Below the pieces are notes generated by a model, which did not search any database, had not been told where the DNA came from, and saw only the letters and a list, made by a program, of their open reading frames with translations. Below, piece by piece: positions 20,374 to 30,838 of a stretch of 64,000 nucleotides of DNA. Numbering within the stretch: position 1 is the stretch's first letter; the number at the start of each line of letters is the position of its first letter. The stretch is taken from the NCBI GenBank assembly GCA_963691875.1, contig OY829846.1, positions 2,304,001 to 2,368,000 on the forward strand, given 5' to 3'. Origin of the DNA: Aureliella sp. GTDB lineage: Bacteria > Planctomycetota > Planctomycetia > Pirellulales > Pirellulaceae. The translations under genes and the position numbers were made by a program.

Positions 20374-20769
20374 ACCATCAAGACCAGGGTCCAACTAGCA
20401 CAGCCAAATTCCGTGTACGAATAGCTATCGAGGTGTTCCGATGTATGAAGACGAAGGGATCATAGAAGCCCTCCGTCAGCTTTTCCTATCAATGCCAGCC
20501 TCGGTGCATTCAGCCTTTTCAATGGTTTCATTCTAGCGACAAAAAGCCAGGGAGCCGGTGTTTCCAAAGGTTGGCTGGTAATTGGCACCTTAGTGGTTCT
20601 TCTCACCAGGCTCCCAGCCGTGCGTTTTCTCTGCCTAGACGTCATGCAATAAAAAGCTCATCGGCATTCTACGAACAAGAGTCGGATATTAGCACTTTTC
20701 GAAACCGACAACGCTCGGTCAAAAACTCGCTACACTGCTTCTATTCCGTTTTAGTGTAGGGAGAAAAAC

Positions 20770-22107
20770 ATGACCTCGAAGATCAAACGTCGCCAGTTTC
20801 AGCAACTAGCCGCCGGTAGTTTGCTGGCTGCCGCAAGTAGTCAACGCGTGCACTCAGCTGGAACGGCGAAGCTTCGGGTCGCCTTTATCGGAGTGGGCGG
20901 ACGTGGCGGATCCAATCTGAGAACGGTAGCCAAAGATCCTGAAGTCGAAGTCGCCTATCTGTGCGATGTGGACCAGCGGCGAGTCGACGCGGCAAAGAGG
21001 CTGTATCCAGACGCGAAGACGCTGCGAGATTTCCGCAAATTGTACGAGGAGGACGACTTCGATGCTGTGGTTGTTAGTACCTGTGAGCACACGCATGCTT
21101 ACGCGACTTTACCTGCATTGCATCGCAAGAAGCATGTGTACTGCGAAAAGCCGCTCACGCACAACATCCACGAAGCTCGCCTTGTCACGCAAGCTGCAGC
21201 TCACGCAGGCGTTGCTACGCAGATGGGGACTCAGATTCATGCTGGCGCTAATTACCGCCGTGTAGTTGAGCTCATTCAAGGTGGTGCGATAGGGAATGTC
21301 ACCGAAGCGCATGTCTGGGTGGGCCGTGCTTGGGGACTGCAGAGTGCTCAAGCAGCAAAAGCCAACAAGGATATTGTTCACGTTACCGAACTTCCCACTA
21401 AGGAAATGCCGGTTCCGGAGTACTTGGATTGGGATTTATGGCTTGGTCCAGCTGCCTACAGACCATTTAATCCGGTCTATTTCCCTGGTCCCAAATGGTA
21501 TCGCTGGTGGGAGTTCGGTAATGGCACCATGTCCGACCTAGGCAGTCATTGGAACGACTTGCCCTATTGGGCTTTGCAGCTAGATGCCCCAACTACGGTG
21601 AAAGCGAGTGGTCCGGAGCCGCATCCTGAAATCGCCCCTGCCTCGATGATGGCAGAGTATCAGTATGGACCGCGAGTTGACATGCCAGCCTGCTCGCTGA
21701 CTTGGTATCAAGGGACCTATAAACCCGAGCGATGGAAGAACAAGGAGATACCGCAGTGGGGCAGCGGCGTACTCTTCGTTGGTGACAAAGGAATGCTGCT
21801 GAGCAATTACGGCAAGCATGTCCTTTTGCCTGAAGCCAAATTCAAGGACTTTAAACGGCCTGAACCATTCATCAAAGACTCGCCCGGACAACACAAAGAG
21901 TGGTTGATTGCCTGTCGCGAAGGCACTCCGACAGGCAGCGATTTTTCTTATGCAGGACCATTGACCGAAGCCAATCACTTGGGCAACGTCGCCTTCCGCG
22001 CGGGCGGCACGATCCAGTGGCATGCCGAACGAATGCGTGTCACCAATGTCAACTCTGCCAACCGCTTCTGCCGACGCACTCCGCGCGAGGGTTGGAAACT
22101 AGAATAA
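20770..22107 (+). CDS. Gfo/Idh/MocA oxidoreductase (Tat signal)
   Basis: [28 protein letters not shown] and DLGSHWND motifs. Confidence 0.93.
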   Translation: MTSKIKRRQFQQLAAGSLLAAASSQRVHSAGTAKLRVAFIGVGGRGGSNLRTVAKDPEVEVAYLCDVDQRRVDAAKRLYPDAKTLRDFRKLYEEDDFDAVVVSTCEHTHAYATLPALHRKKHVYCEKPLTHNIHEARLVTQAAAHAGVATQMGTQIHAGANYRRVVELIQGGAIGNVTEAHVWVGRAWGLQSAQAAKANKDIVHVTELPTKEMPVPEYLDWDLWLGPAAYRPFNPVYFPGPKWYRWWEFGNGTMSDLGSHWNDLPYWALQLDAPTTVKASGPEPHPEIAPASMMAEYQYGPRVDMPACSLTWYQGTYKPERWKNKEIPQWGSGVLFVGDKGMLLSNYGKHVLLPEAKFKDFKRPEPFIKDSPGQHKEWLIACREGTPTGSDFSYAGPLTEANHLGNVAFRAGGTIQWHAERMRVTNVNSANRFCRRTPREGWKLE

Positions 22108-22130
22108 GCGGTTGGCGACCGGCTGTGTCA

Positions 22131-24941
22131 TCAGCGGCTTTTCGTGGATACATTCAGCTCTTGGAGAAATGCGAGCAAGTCCGCCAACTCCTGTGCGGTG
22201 AGTTCCGCTGCCAATCCATTGGGCATCAGCGAGCTCTTTAATTGCTTGCGTACCTCGACGTCGTCCGGATGGGCTCGCTGCTCTTTCCCGTCTGCTGAAC
22301 GTAGAACAATCGCATGCTCGCCTTGTTCAATCAACAGGCCAGTGAGAACTTGGCCGTCAACCGTCAGAATGCTCTGCGTTAGGTATTGGGGTTCAATCTT
22401 CTGCGATGGTGACAAAATACTGGCTAGCAGCTCCTCGCTACTTCGTTTGGGCAATTTGTCGAGATCGGGGCCAAGCATCGTGCCTTGTCCATTCAAACGA
22501 TGGCAGTTCCGACACTGGGAAACCTTTGAGTTGAGGAAGCGTTCTCGCCCGCGATCCGCATTGCCTTGCATGGCCAGAATCGCGTCGGCGTCGATTGAAT
22601 TGCCAAGTCGCTGAGTTCGTTGGGATGCGGGCAAAAGACGGTCGTACAGGCCAATTGTGATTGCATCAGCCCGCTGTTTCTTGCTCATCGCAGACGCTTG
22701 TCTTTCCTCTGGCGTCAGTTTCAGCAACTGATGAAAGTTACGCAAAGCAACAACTGTTGGATTTCCATCATCGACTTTCGATTTGCCTAGCGAAGTGATC
22801 CAATCGTGCACCAATTGCAAACCCGCTTCATCATTGTCTCGAGTCCACAACTTTGGCATGTGCCCCTTGCCGGCTGTCGCCATGCGATAGTAGAGAATCG
22901 ATGAGTAGGGATCTCCTGGCGAGATGACTTGGGACGCCTCCAATCCAAAACCGCCTTGGGTAGTAGGAAAACTCAAAGCTTTGATTTGTTCGTTGGTATT
23001 GGAGAAGACGAGATCCAACGCAACCGTGCCGCCACCACCGCGGCGATGGCAATGCGCACAGTTTGCGTGCAAGTACGATCGAGCGCGGTCTTCGAGAGGC
23101 TGAGTCATGTCGTGAGGATTCACCATCTGCTTCAAATTCCATGATGACGGAGCTGGTTTGTCTAGCAGATTCAATCTCACCACCTGCTCTACCCCATCTC
23201 CCTCCTCTCCAACGATCCGAAGCATATTTTGGTAAGAAAAGGACAAGGCCCCGCCCGTTTGATTCGTATGGCAAGCAAGGCACTCCGCGCGGCTATGATG
23301 CCGCCACTTTAGAAGCTCCGGTTTCCCCGTCGCCGAAGCAATTTCGTACTCGGTGAAGCCGCCTTCACCGCTCACCAGCGATGCATCTTTTTGATCTTCT
23401 CCCCAGCGGTAGCAGTATGGCTGCCAAGTCAAACCATCGTGATGCAGAATCTGAGTTTCAATTCTTCGATTCTCTGGCTTGCCGTTCACCAGAACTTCGC
23501 GCGAAATCGTTTTGGCAAAAACCGAGTTGACCGGATACTTCCAGTTTCGCTTTCGTTTCTGGGACTGAATCTGCCCGTGGCCGGGCACCGCCAGCAATAA
23601 CTGATTGGTCGTCCCGCCTTGGTAGGCTGTGGCGGCAATTTCATACTCGTAGACACCGGACGAAGGTTCAAGCGTCTCGAGGGAGGTAAACAAACCTGTC
23701 TCGCTAAGCTTTGTGGGAAACACGCTGGGACGACCTCCCTTCGGGTTTGCAACAAGTTTGTAAATCTCCCCCGTGAAGCTCATCACAAGCACTTCGTGCT
23801 TGCGGGTTTCCGCAAAGGAAATGATTGGCAGTCCTGTTTCACCAAGCAGTTTGTTGTATTTGGTTTGTTCGCCTTCTTTTTCGGGATCGAAACGCAGCCC
23901 CCAGAGCAACCCGGTGACATAGTCTCCATATAAATAAGTGCCTTGCAGTTCTGGATTCTCTTCGCCTCGATAGACAACTCCGCCCGTGACCGACAAGCCT
24001 TCGGTGTGCGGATAGGCTACAAGAGGCTTTCGAATCGGTGTCGGGCCGGGCTGCACATCGCCACGAATTGGTTGTGGCCCTTCCATAATCGGCCAGCCAT
24101 AGTTCGCGCCACATTGGACGTGAAAGATCATCTCCCAAAGTTCCCAACCGACGTCACCGCAGATCAGCTGGTCGTTGGGGGCAATGCAGAATCGCCAAGG
24201 ATTTCGGAAGCCGTAGGCCCAGATCTCTGGTCTCGCTCCGCTGCGATTGCGAAAGGGATTGTCGACAGGAATGGAATAATTCTTGCCTTCACTTGGATTG
24301 TCTACGTCAATTCGGCAGATTGTCGAGCGGAGGTCTGACAAGTTTTGGCCAACGTCGTATTCATCCGGCGGGTAAGGCTTCGCTCCATCGCCAGCCGAAA
24401 AATACATCAAGCCTTGCGAGTCGAAACGAATCGAACAGCCGTTGTGTCCGCCCGAAGCCCAGGTGAGAAGGATTTCTTCCGATGCAATATCGAGTGCTGG
24501 TGTCTCGCCGAGCTGCATCGTGAAACGTGACAACTTGGTTCCGTCGGGTTTCGCAACGGGATTCTCTGCGTAGCACACGAAGACTTGATTGTTCTTTGCA
24601 AATTCGGGGTGAGGGCGAATGGAAAGTGCTCGAACGAAATCCTTCGAACACTCACGCAGATTTGCAATCTGAATAGGCGTTGAGCAGTCTTTCTTATCTT
24701 CAAACAGAAATACTTTGCCGCCCACTTCCAGCAGCAACATCCAATTTGTCCCCGGCAGTGGGCACAACTCGACAGGCTGGTTGAACTGCAAATCCGGATA
24801 AGCAGGCTCGATAGTGAAGGGCTTGGCCGGCTCAGGAGACCCCGTGGTCCGCGAGTTGGTCCAAGGTACTCTTTCGCCTGCCGAGAGCGGGTCGGAAACA
24901 AGAAGACCAAACAGCAGAACCCAGGAGATTGAGAGCTTCAT
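22131..24941 (-). CDS. PQQ-dependent sugar dehydrogenase-like propeller + three c-type hemes
   Basis: GHNG, EIWAYGFRNPWR and GANYGWP motifs; CLACH, CAHCH and CRNCH; signal peptide. Confidence 0.88.
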   Translation of the reverse strand: MKLSISWVLLFGLLVSDPLSAGERVPWTNSRTTGSPEPAKPFTIEPAYPDLQFNQPVELCPLPGTNWMLLLEVGGKVFLFEDKKDCSTPIQIANLRECSKDFVRALSIRPHPEFAKNNQVFVCYAENPVAKPDGTKLSRFTMQLGETPALDIASEEILLTWASGGHNGCSIRFDSQGLMYFSAGDGAKPYPPDEYDVGQNLSDLRSTICRIDVDNPSEGKNYSIPVDNPFRNRSGARPEIWAYGFRNPWRFCIAPNDQLICGDVGWELWEMIFHVQCGANYGWPIMEGPQPIRGDVQPGPTPIRKPLVAYPHTEGLSVTGGVVYRGEENPELQGTYLYGDYVTGLLWGLRFDPEKEGEQTKYNKLLGETGLPIISFAETRKHEVLVMSFTGEIYKLVANPKGGRPSVFPTKLSETGLFTSLETLEPSSGVYEYEIAATAYQGGTTNQLLLAVPGHGQIQSQKRKRNWKYPVNSVFAKTISREVLVNGKPENRRIETQILHHDGLTWQPYCYRWGEDQKDASLVSGEGGFTEYEIASATGKPELLKWRHHSRAECLACHTNQTGGALSFSYQNMLRIVGEEGDGVEQVVRLNLLDKPAPSSWNLKQMVNPHDMTQPLEDRARSYLHANCAHCHRRGGGGTVALDLVFSNTNEQIKALSFPTTQGGFGLEASQVISPGDPYSSILYYRMATAGKGHMPKLWTRDNDEAGLQLVHDWITSLGKSKVDDGNPTVVALRNFHQLLKLTPEERQASAMSKKQRADAITIGLYDRLLPASQRTQRLGNSIDADAILAMQGNADRGRERFLNSKVSQCRNCHRLNGQGTMLGPDLDKLPKRSSEELLASILSPSQKIEPQYLTQSILTVDGQVLTGLLIEQGEHAIVLRSADGKEQRAHPDDVEVRKQLKSSLMPNGLAAELTAQELADLLAFLQELNVSTKSR

Positions 24942-25092
24942 GGCTGAAAATGATGTCGAAGGACGAGAAGGAGTTGGAAATGAGGCGGCTAGAACGCATA
25001 ATTCTAACCGATTGCATTCGACATAGCCTACTTTGCGGTGTGATCAACTCATAACAGACGTTATTTCAACCCCCTTTGGAATCCTTCAAAAC

Positions 25093-26484
25093 ATGCCAAT
25101 GCGAACCCCAGTCTCGTTGTGCTTTCTGTTTTTTCTTTGTCTTGGTCTTATTCGTTGCACCGATGCAGCGGATGCTAGCTCGAAGCCAAACATCGTCTAC
25201 ATCTTGCTTGACGATGCTGGCTGGGGCGATCTTTCTTGCTACGGGCAGAGCAAGTTCGCAACGCCAAACATCGATCGCTTGGCCAAGGAGGGGATGCGTT
25301 TTACGCAGCACTATTCAGGTTCGACCGTATGTGCTCCAACACGTTGCTGCCTGATGACAGGTGTTCACACAGGGCATTCTTACGTGCGTGGCAATCGCGA
25401 GGTGAAGCCAGAGGGCCAATCTCCTATGCCCGCTGATATTGTTACGGTCCCAAGACTAATGCGAGAGGCCGGATACGTCACAGGAGCTTTTGGGAAATGG
25501 GGCTTGGGATCACCGAGTTCGCCGAGCGATCCAGCCGAGCACTTTGACTTATTCTACGGTTACAATTGCCAACGCGAGGCTCACACTTACTATCCCAAGC
25601 ACCTATGGAAGAACAAGGAAAAAATTTCCTTCGACGGCAAGACGCACTCGGCAGATATAATCCAAGCCGCTGCGTTGGACTTCATTCGAGATAACAAAGA
25701 CAAGCCATTCTTTGTCTTCCTGCCCGTAACAATTCCGCATGCTGCGATGCACGCTACTGAAAAGTATGCCAAGCCATTCCGCAAGAAGTTTTCTCAGTTC
25801 GAGCAGAAGACCGGCAAGTATGCCGGGACGACTGTCAACAATCCCATCGCGGCCTTCGCAGGTATGATGACACAGGTTGATGATCACGTCGGCCAAGTTC
25901 TCGAACTACTCGAAGAGTTGGACCTGGATGACAAGACGCTTGTTATGCTCAGCAGTGACAATGGTCCTCACATGGAAGGCGGGCACGACCCCAAGTTTTT
26001 CGATAGCAACGGACCTTTGAAGGGACACAAGCGAGATCTCTACGAAGGCGGTGTCCGAGCTCCTTTATTGGCTCGCTGGCCGGGCAAGATCAAGGCTGGC
26101 GTAGAAAGCGAGCTAATTTCGGCTCACTGGGATATGCTTCCAACTTTCTGCGAGCTGGGTGGAGCGAAAACGCCTGAAGGTATCGACGGGATCTCCGTGG
26201 TCAATGAATTGTTCGGCAAGTCGCAGCAGCAGCACGAATACTTGTACTGGGAATTCTATGAGCGAGGCGGCAAGCGTGCAGCGCGATTCGGCGACTGGAA
26301 AGCGGTACAGCTGAACATCAATAAGGATAAGAATGCGCCGATTGAACTCTACTACTTGCCAGACGATATCGGTGAAGAGAACGACATCGCCGCTGACAAT
26401 GCCGAAAAAGTGGCGGAAGCCAAAGCCATTTTCACCGACGCTCACACGCCTTCCGAGTTCTGGGCATTCGGCAAGAAAAAGTAG
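25093..26484 (+). CDS. Arylsulfatase (S1 family)
   Basis: PNIVYILLDD, CAPTR (formylglycine motif), GKWG, SDNG and LYEGGVRAP. Confidence 0.94.
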   Translation: MPMRTPVSLCFLFFLCLGLIRCTDAADASSKPNIVYILLDDAGWGDLSCYGQSKFATPNIDRLAKEGMRFTQHYSGSTVCAPTRCCLMTGVHTGHSYVRGNREVKPEGQSPMPADIVTVPRLMREAGYVTGAFGKWGLGSPSSPSDPAEHFDLFYGYNCQREAHTYYPKHLWKNKEKISFDGKTHSADIIQAAALDFIRDNKDKPFFVFLPVTIPHAAMHATEKYAKPFRKKFSQFEQKTGKYAGTTVNNPIAAFAGMMTQVDDHVGQVLELLEELDLDDKTLVMLSSDNGPHMEGGHDPKFFDSNGPLKGHKRDLYEGGVRAPLLARWPGKIKAGVESELISAHWDMLPTFCELGGAKTPEGIDGISVVNELFGKSQQQHEYLYWEFYERGGKRAARFGDWKAVQLNINKDKNAPIELYYLPDDIGEENDIAADNAEKVAEAKAIFTDAHTPSEFWAFGKKK

Positions 26485-26491
26485 CTAAGTC

Positions 26492-26558
26492 GTAGTGGGA
26501 TTTGCCAGCATTCTTCAGCCCCACTATTCCGAGGCCGGATTCTGGCCAAATCCACTAC
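26492..26558. repeat. GTAG-type REP-like inverted repeat
   Basis: GTAGTGGGATTTGCCAGCATTC ... GGATTCTGGCCAAATCCACTAC between convergent genes; a related half copy GTAGCAGGATTCGCCAGAATTCC is at 7631. Confidence 0.7.
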
Positions 26559-26586
26559 AACACATCTGTGTCTTTCGGGTTCGTCT

Positions 26587-27489
26587 CTAGGATGCCAAGT
26601 CCCTGAGATGGAAATGATATGGACCGAGTTTACCGCCGTAGTTGCCTGCGGTAATGCGGCACACCGCAGCCTCTGCTTGCAGACTCGCGATTCCTACTTT
26701 CATTGCTTCGGCTACGTCAACCTCGCTAAGTCCGTCGATGACAATCTCGTACACCGCATTTTCTTCTGCGGTGAGGTTTGAGTCCGAGGAACCTTTCAAA
26801 CTCGGGCACCATTTGTCGTTGGTACTTGCCTTGAGCTGCGGATACTTGGAACCCACTTTGGAGCCACTTCGAACAACGCCCGATGGAAAAGGCAAAATCA
26901 CGTTTGGAAGTTTGGCGATGGTATCGGCTGCTTTTCTTGCGGCGGCAAGCAGCGGTTTTCGTTCGCTGCCTGTCACGATCAAATTGCCACCTCCGATTCC
27001 TTTGCAAGTCGCTGCGACGTCGTCGATTACGAACTCGCCATCCATTGTCGGCACGCGCCAGTATCGCCGCGAGCCCAACTTCTTAGCGATCTGGTTTCCG
27101 TCACCAAAGTAGCGAAGTTGTGCTCCAAGCTTGATCGGTTTGCCAAGTAATTCGGCCGCAATGGCGTCGAGGCTTAAATCGGCGTAGCAAGCTGTACTAG
27201 GACAAGTAAGCACATTCTGACCGACGCGACCAACCACGGCAGACTCCAGCGCACTTCGGCTAAACGCGAATGCGAGTACTGAAATTCCGGGTCGCCCATC
27301 GATGGTCTGTGATGCGTCCAATTCTTCAGCAATGCCTGCTTCTAAATCGCAGCCGATCACACTGGATGCGTTCCCACAGAATGCCTCTGAAGCGATTCGT
27401 GCAAGCTCTGCGTCGTCAGCAGTGATTGCAAGCCGAGTAGCCGCCATCGGAAATGCTTCCGCAAAGCTGTCTTCAATTTTCGGACCCAT
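26587..27489 (-). CDS. fhcD: Formylmethanofuran--tetrahydromethanopterin N-formyltransferase
   Basis: IEDSFAEAF, SVIGCDLEAG, DGRPG, RVGQNVLTCP, GVVRSGSKVGSKY and AGNYGGKLG. Confidence 0.95.
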   Translation of the reverse strand: MGPKIEDSFAEAFPMAATRLAITADDAELARIASEAFCGNASSVIGCDLEAGIAEELDASQTIDGRPGISVLAFAFSRSALESAVVGRVGQNVLTCPSTACYADLSLDAIAAELLGKPIKLGAQLRYFGDGNQIAKKLGSRRYWRVPTMDGEFVIDDVAATCKGIGGGNLIVTGSERKPLLAAARKAADTIAKLPNVILPFPSGVVRSGSKVGSKYPQLKASTNDKWCPSLKGSSDSNLTAEENAVYEIVIDGLSEVDVAEAMKVGIASLQAEAAVCRITAGNYGGKLGPYHFHLRDLAS

Positions 27490-28011
27490 ATCGATCGTTC
27501 ATAATACTGGCGAAGTTGGAGGCGGCTGTCAGAGAATCAGCCAACAAGAGTCATGCTATTACTCTATAGACGTAGCCGCAAGCCTAGGTCTCATACAGCG
27601 CGGTGCGCCGGTACGATCGATCCTCATAGCCTATGCCCAAGGGAGGTTTGAAGGATCAGGACAAACGGGCGAGTGACAAGGCGCCTGTGATCTCATGTTT
27701 TTGTTTGCCGCATCACCGTATGGCGTCGGGCTCTTCTCGAGTGCAGTGGACTTTTATCGCTGCCATTCCGCACCCATGCGGGACTGCAAACTAATATCCG
27801 CGACTAGCGTCTGAGCCACTCTCTGGCACAGCCTACTTTTCTGAACACATGGCCGCGCACAACCCTAACTTCGTAGACACGCGCGGGCGCCTCAGCTATG
27901 TTAGACTTTCCCTTCTGAGCCAAGTGCGGCCCGTAGTTCTATGGCGAAGCACTGCTGGCATCCCACCTCGAAGGTTCTCTTCTCAATTCGATCAAGACTG
28001 GTGCAGCATAC

Positions 28012-28752
28012 ATGAAGTGGACGCGCGGCGTAGTCAAACGCAAAGTAACCTGGGCGGAAGGTCTTTTTACGTTGGAGATCAAGGCCCCGGAAGTGGCGAG
28101 TTTTGAACCAGGACAATTTCTTCAACTAGGATTTGACGAGGCCGATGGTCACCTCCACCGTCCTTATAGCGTTGCTTCACCACACCGCGAAACGCTCGAC
28201 TTTTTTATCGTGTTGGTCGAAGACGGGCGGTTAACACCCAAACTTTGGAAGCTCGAAGAAGGCGCGGAGATCGACGTCAGCGCACGAGCAGCGGGAAGCT
28301 TCACGCTCAAACATTGTCCCGAAGAGAGTAAGTCGATTTGGCTTATCGCGACAGGTACTGGGCTGGCACCATACATTGCGATGATGCGAGAGCCGGAGGT
28401 TTGGGAACGCTACGAAAAAGTTGTCGTTGTCCATGGGGTGCGACATGGCTCCGACTTGGCGTATCAACCAGAGCTCATAGAGCATCGCGTGAAGTACGGC
28501 GATCGATTTGCCTACGTGCCCGTCGTGTCCCGCGAATCAGTCGATGGTGCGATCGAGGGACGAATCACCACTGCGATCACCAGTGGCGAGCTCGAAAAAA
28601 CATCGGGACTAGAATTTTCAACTGAGTCATGTGTGATGATGTGTGGCAATCCAGCAATGCTGGATGAAACCGAATCGCTGCTTGGTGAAAGAGGATTAAC
28701 GAAGCACAAGCGTAAGGAACCTGGGCAAATCGTAGTCGAGCGATACTGGTAG
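28012..28752 (+). CDS. fpr: Ferredoxin--NADP+ reductase
   Basis: FEPGQF, RPYSVAS, ATGTGLAPY, MMCGNPAM and C-terminal ERYW. Confidence 0.93.
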   Translation: MKWTRGVVKRKVTWAEGLFTLEIKAPEVASFEPGQFLQLGFDEADGHLHRPYSVASPHRETLDFFIVLVEDGRLTPKLWKLEEGAEIDVSARAAGSFTLKHCPEESKSIWLIATGTGLAPYIAMMREPEVWERYEKVVVVHGVRHGSDLAYQPELIEHRVKYGDRFAYVPVVSRESVDGAIEGRITTAITSGELEKTSGLEFSTESCVMMCGNPAMLDETESLLGERGLTKHKRKEPGQIVVERYW

Positions 28753-28782
28753 CTCGGAGACATTCGTTTAGGAATCGAAAAG

Positions 28783-30087
28783 ATGAAATCAAGGTTTACG
28801 AACTCTATTTCCCTGCCGGCGTCGGTCGGGTCAATACTGGTCTTCGCTTTGGCAACGCCGAGTCTGGCACAAGAGAAATTCACCAGCACAAGCGGTGGAT
28901 CGTGGAAGCAATTTCGCGGCGACAATACCAATGGGCTGGCTCTTGAAGCCAAACTACCGACGACCTGGTCTGAAAACGAAAACGTCGCTTGGCACACACC
29001 AATTCGTGGACGCGGCTGGTCTTCACCGATTGTCGACGGCAATGAAATCTGGCTGACAACGGCTACGAAAGATGGCAAAGAAATGTCAGCCCTATGTCTA
29101 GACCTGAATACAGGAAAAGTCCTCCACGACTTGCTGATGTTCACGAACACCGAAGTGCAGCCAGACCATCATGTCACAAATTCTTACGCTTCCCCCACGC
29201 CGATCATCGAGGGAGCTTACGTCTATGTGACCTTTGGAGCTTATGGTACAGCATGTCTAGAGCGCAGCAGCGGCAAGGTGCTATGGGAGCGCCGAGACCT
29301 TGAGTGCAATCACTATCGCGGGGCAGGCAGCTCTCCGATTCTCTATCGCGATCTGCTAATTTTTCACATGGACGGTTTCGATTATCAGTATGTAGTCGCA
29401 CTCAACAAAAAAAACGGCGAGACCGTTTGGCTTAAGAATCGTGATATCGACTATGGCAGCAACAACGGTGATTTCTTCAAGGCTTTTTCCACGCCGATTG
29501 TCATCTCCGTCGCCGGCCAGAATCAATTGATTAGTCCCGCAAGCAAGGCTTGCCTGGCCCTGGACCCGAATACTGGACAAGAGATCTGGCGTGTTCGATA
29601 TCAGGAACATTCGACTACAGTGCGACCACTTTTCGATGGCAAGCGGATTTACCTGAGCACAGGTTTTGGGAAAGCCAAAATGATGTGCGTGCGTGTTAAT
29701 GGCAAAGGTGACGTGACTGACACGCATGTGGACTGGGTACAGCCGAAAAGCATTGGATCGAAGCCAAGTCCCATCTTGGTCAACGATTTATTATTCGATG
29801 TTACCGACAATGGCGTGCTAGAGCGACTCAGCGTTGAGACTGGTGAGATCATTTGGAAGCGACGATTGCAAGGCAAGTTTAGTGCTTCCTTAGTTGCGGA
29901 CTCAAGCCACTTCTATGTGTTCAATCATGAAGGCAGTGGATGGGTGTTCACGCTCGATAAGGAACCGAAACTTATTTCAGAGAACATGCTTCCCAATGGC
30001 TGCAATGCCTCGCCAGCCATCGTGGGAAACTCGCTGATCGTTCGAACCCTGGATGGAATATATCGTATCAAACAGAAGGCAGAGTAA
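28783..30087 (+). CDS. PQQ-like beta-propeller (BamB-like) exported protein
   Basis: WKQFRG, GRGWSSP, SYASPTP and GAGSSP repeats; signal peptide. Confidence 0.88.
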   Translation: MKSRFTNSISLPASVGSILVFALATPSLAQEKFTSTSGGSWKQFRGDNTNGLALEAKLPTTWSENENVAWHTPIRGRGWSSPIVDGNEIWLTTATKDGKEMSALCLDLNTGKVLHDLLMFTNTEVQPDHHVTNSYASPTPIIEGAYVYVTFGAYGTACLERSSGKVLWERRDLECNHYRGAGSSPILYRDLLIFHMDGFDYQYVVALNKKNGETVWLKNRDIDYGSNNGDFFKAFSTPIVISVAGQNQLISPASKACLALDPNTGQEIWRVRYQEHSTTVRPLFDGKRIYLSTGFGKAKMMCVRVNGKGDVTDTHVDWVQPKSIGSKPSPILVNDLLFDVTDNGVLERLSVETGEIIWKRRLQGKFSASLVADSSHFYVFNHEGSGWVFTLDKEPKLISENMLPNGCNASPAIVGNSLIVRTLDGIYRIKQKAE

Positions 30088-30095
30088 GCTGCTTT

Positions 30096-30226
30096 CACAA
30101 CCCGACGCGCAAGCGGAAACGAGGAAAACTGGTTTCGTTGCCTCGCTCACGCTTTTTGAAATTGCGTTTTTTCAAACTGACTCTCCCGCTCGCGGGAGGG
30201 TCGGATGTAATGTAGCCGGGGAGGAC
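30096..30226. repeat. Interrupted palindromic repeat plus left end of a MITE-like element
   Basis: CACAACCCGACGCGCAAGCG ... CCTCGCTCACGC, then TTTTTGAAATTGCGTTTTT and CTCCCGCTCGCGGGAGGGTCGGA, resembling 36976-37070. Confidence 0.55.
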
Positions 30227-30328
30227 TGGAATGCCTGCAGACTTGAACAACGCCTTACGACGATGTGGCTCACCGAAATCAACCGAGCAGGGAAACCCCG
30301 CTCATAATTACTTCATCAGATTGCAAAA

Positions 30329-30838
30329 ATGCTCTCTTCAAAACTTCCGATCGCAAGCCTGATTCTTCTGTCGCTGACTGCAGTTGGTTGCCAGAACTCT
30401 CCGAGCAACTTTCCGTTTGACTTCGAATTGAAAGATATCAGTGAAGAACAACAAGCTTTGTCAGACTATCGAGGCAAGGTGGTAATAGTTGACATCTGGG
30501 GTACCTGGTGCCCACCTTGCATTGCTGAAATCCCGCACTTCATCGAGTTGCAAGAAAAATACGGTGAGCAAGGGCTTCAGATTCTGGGCGTCAATTATGA
30601 GGATGCAGATTCATGGGAAGAGCAGCAACGGATTATTGCTAATTTTGTGGAGAAGAAAGGGATCAATTATCCCTGCATGCCTGGGACGGACGAGGTTCAA
30701 AACCAAATCCCCGGCTTCAGTGGTTTTCCCACCACACTTTTCATCGACAAGACGGGCAATGTCCGAGAAGTCATCGTGGGACTGCATTCTTTTGACGAGC
30801 TAGAGGCCAAAGTCAAAAAGTTACTCGCCGAGTCCTAG
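30329..30838 (+). CDS. TlpA/ResA-family thiol-disulfide oxidoreductase lipoprotein
   Basis: Lipobox AVGC; GKVVIVDIWGTWCPPC; FPTTLFIDKTG. Confidence 0.93.
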   Translation: MLSSKLPIASLILLSLTAVGCQNSPSNFPFDFELKDISEEQQALSDYRGKVVIVDIWGTWCPPCIAEIPHFIELQEKYGEQGLQILGVNYEDADSWEEQQRIIANFVEKKGINYPCMPGTDEVQNQIPGFSGFPTTLFIDKTGNVREVIVGLHSFDELEAKVKKLLAES

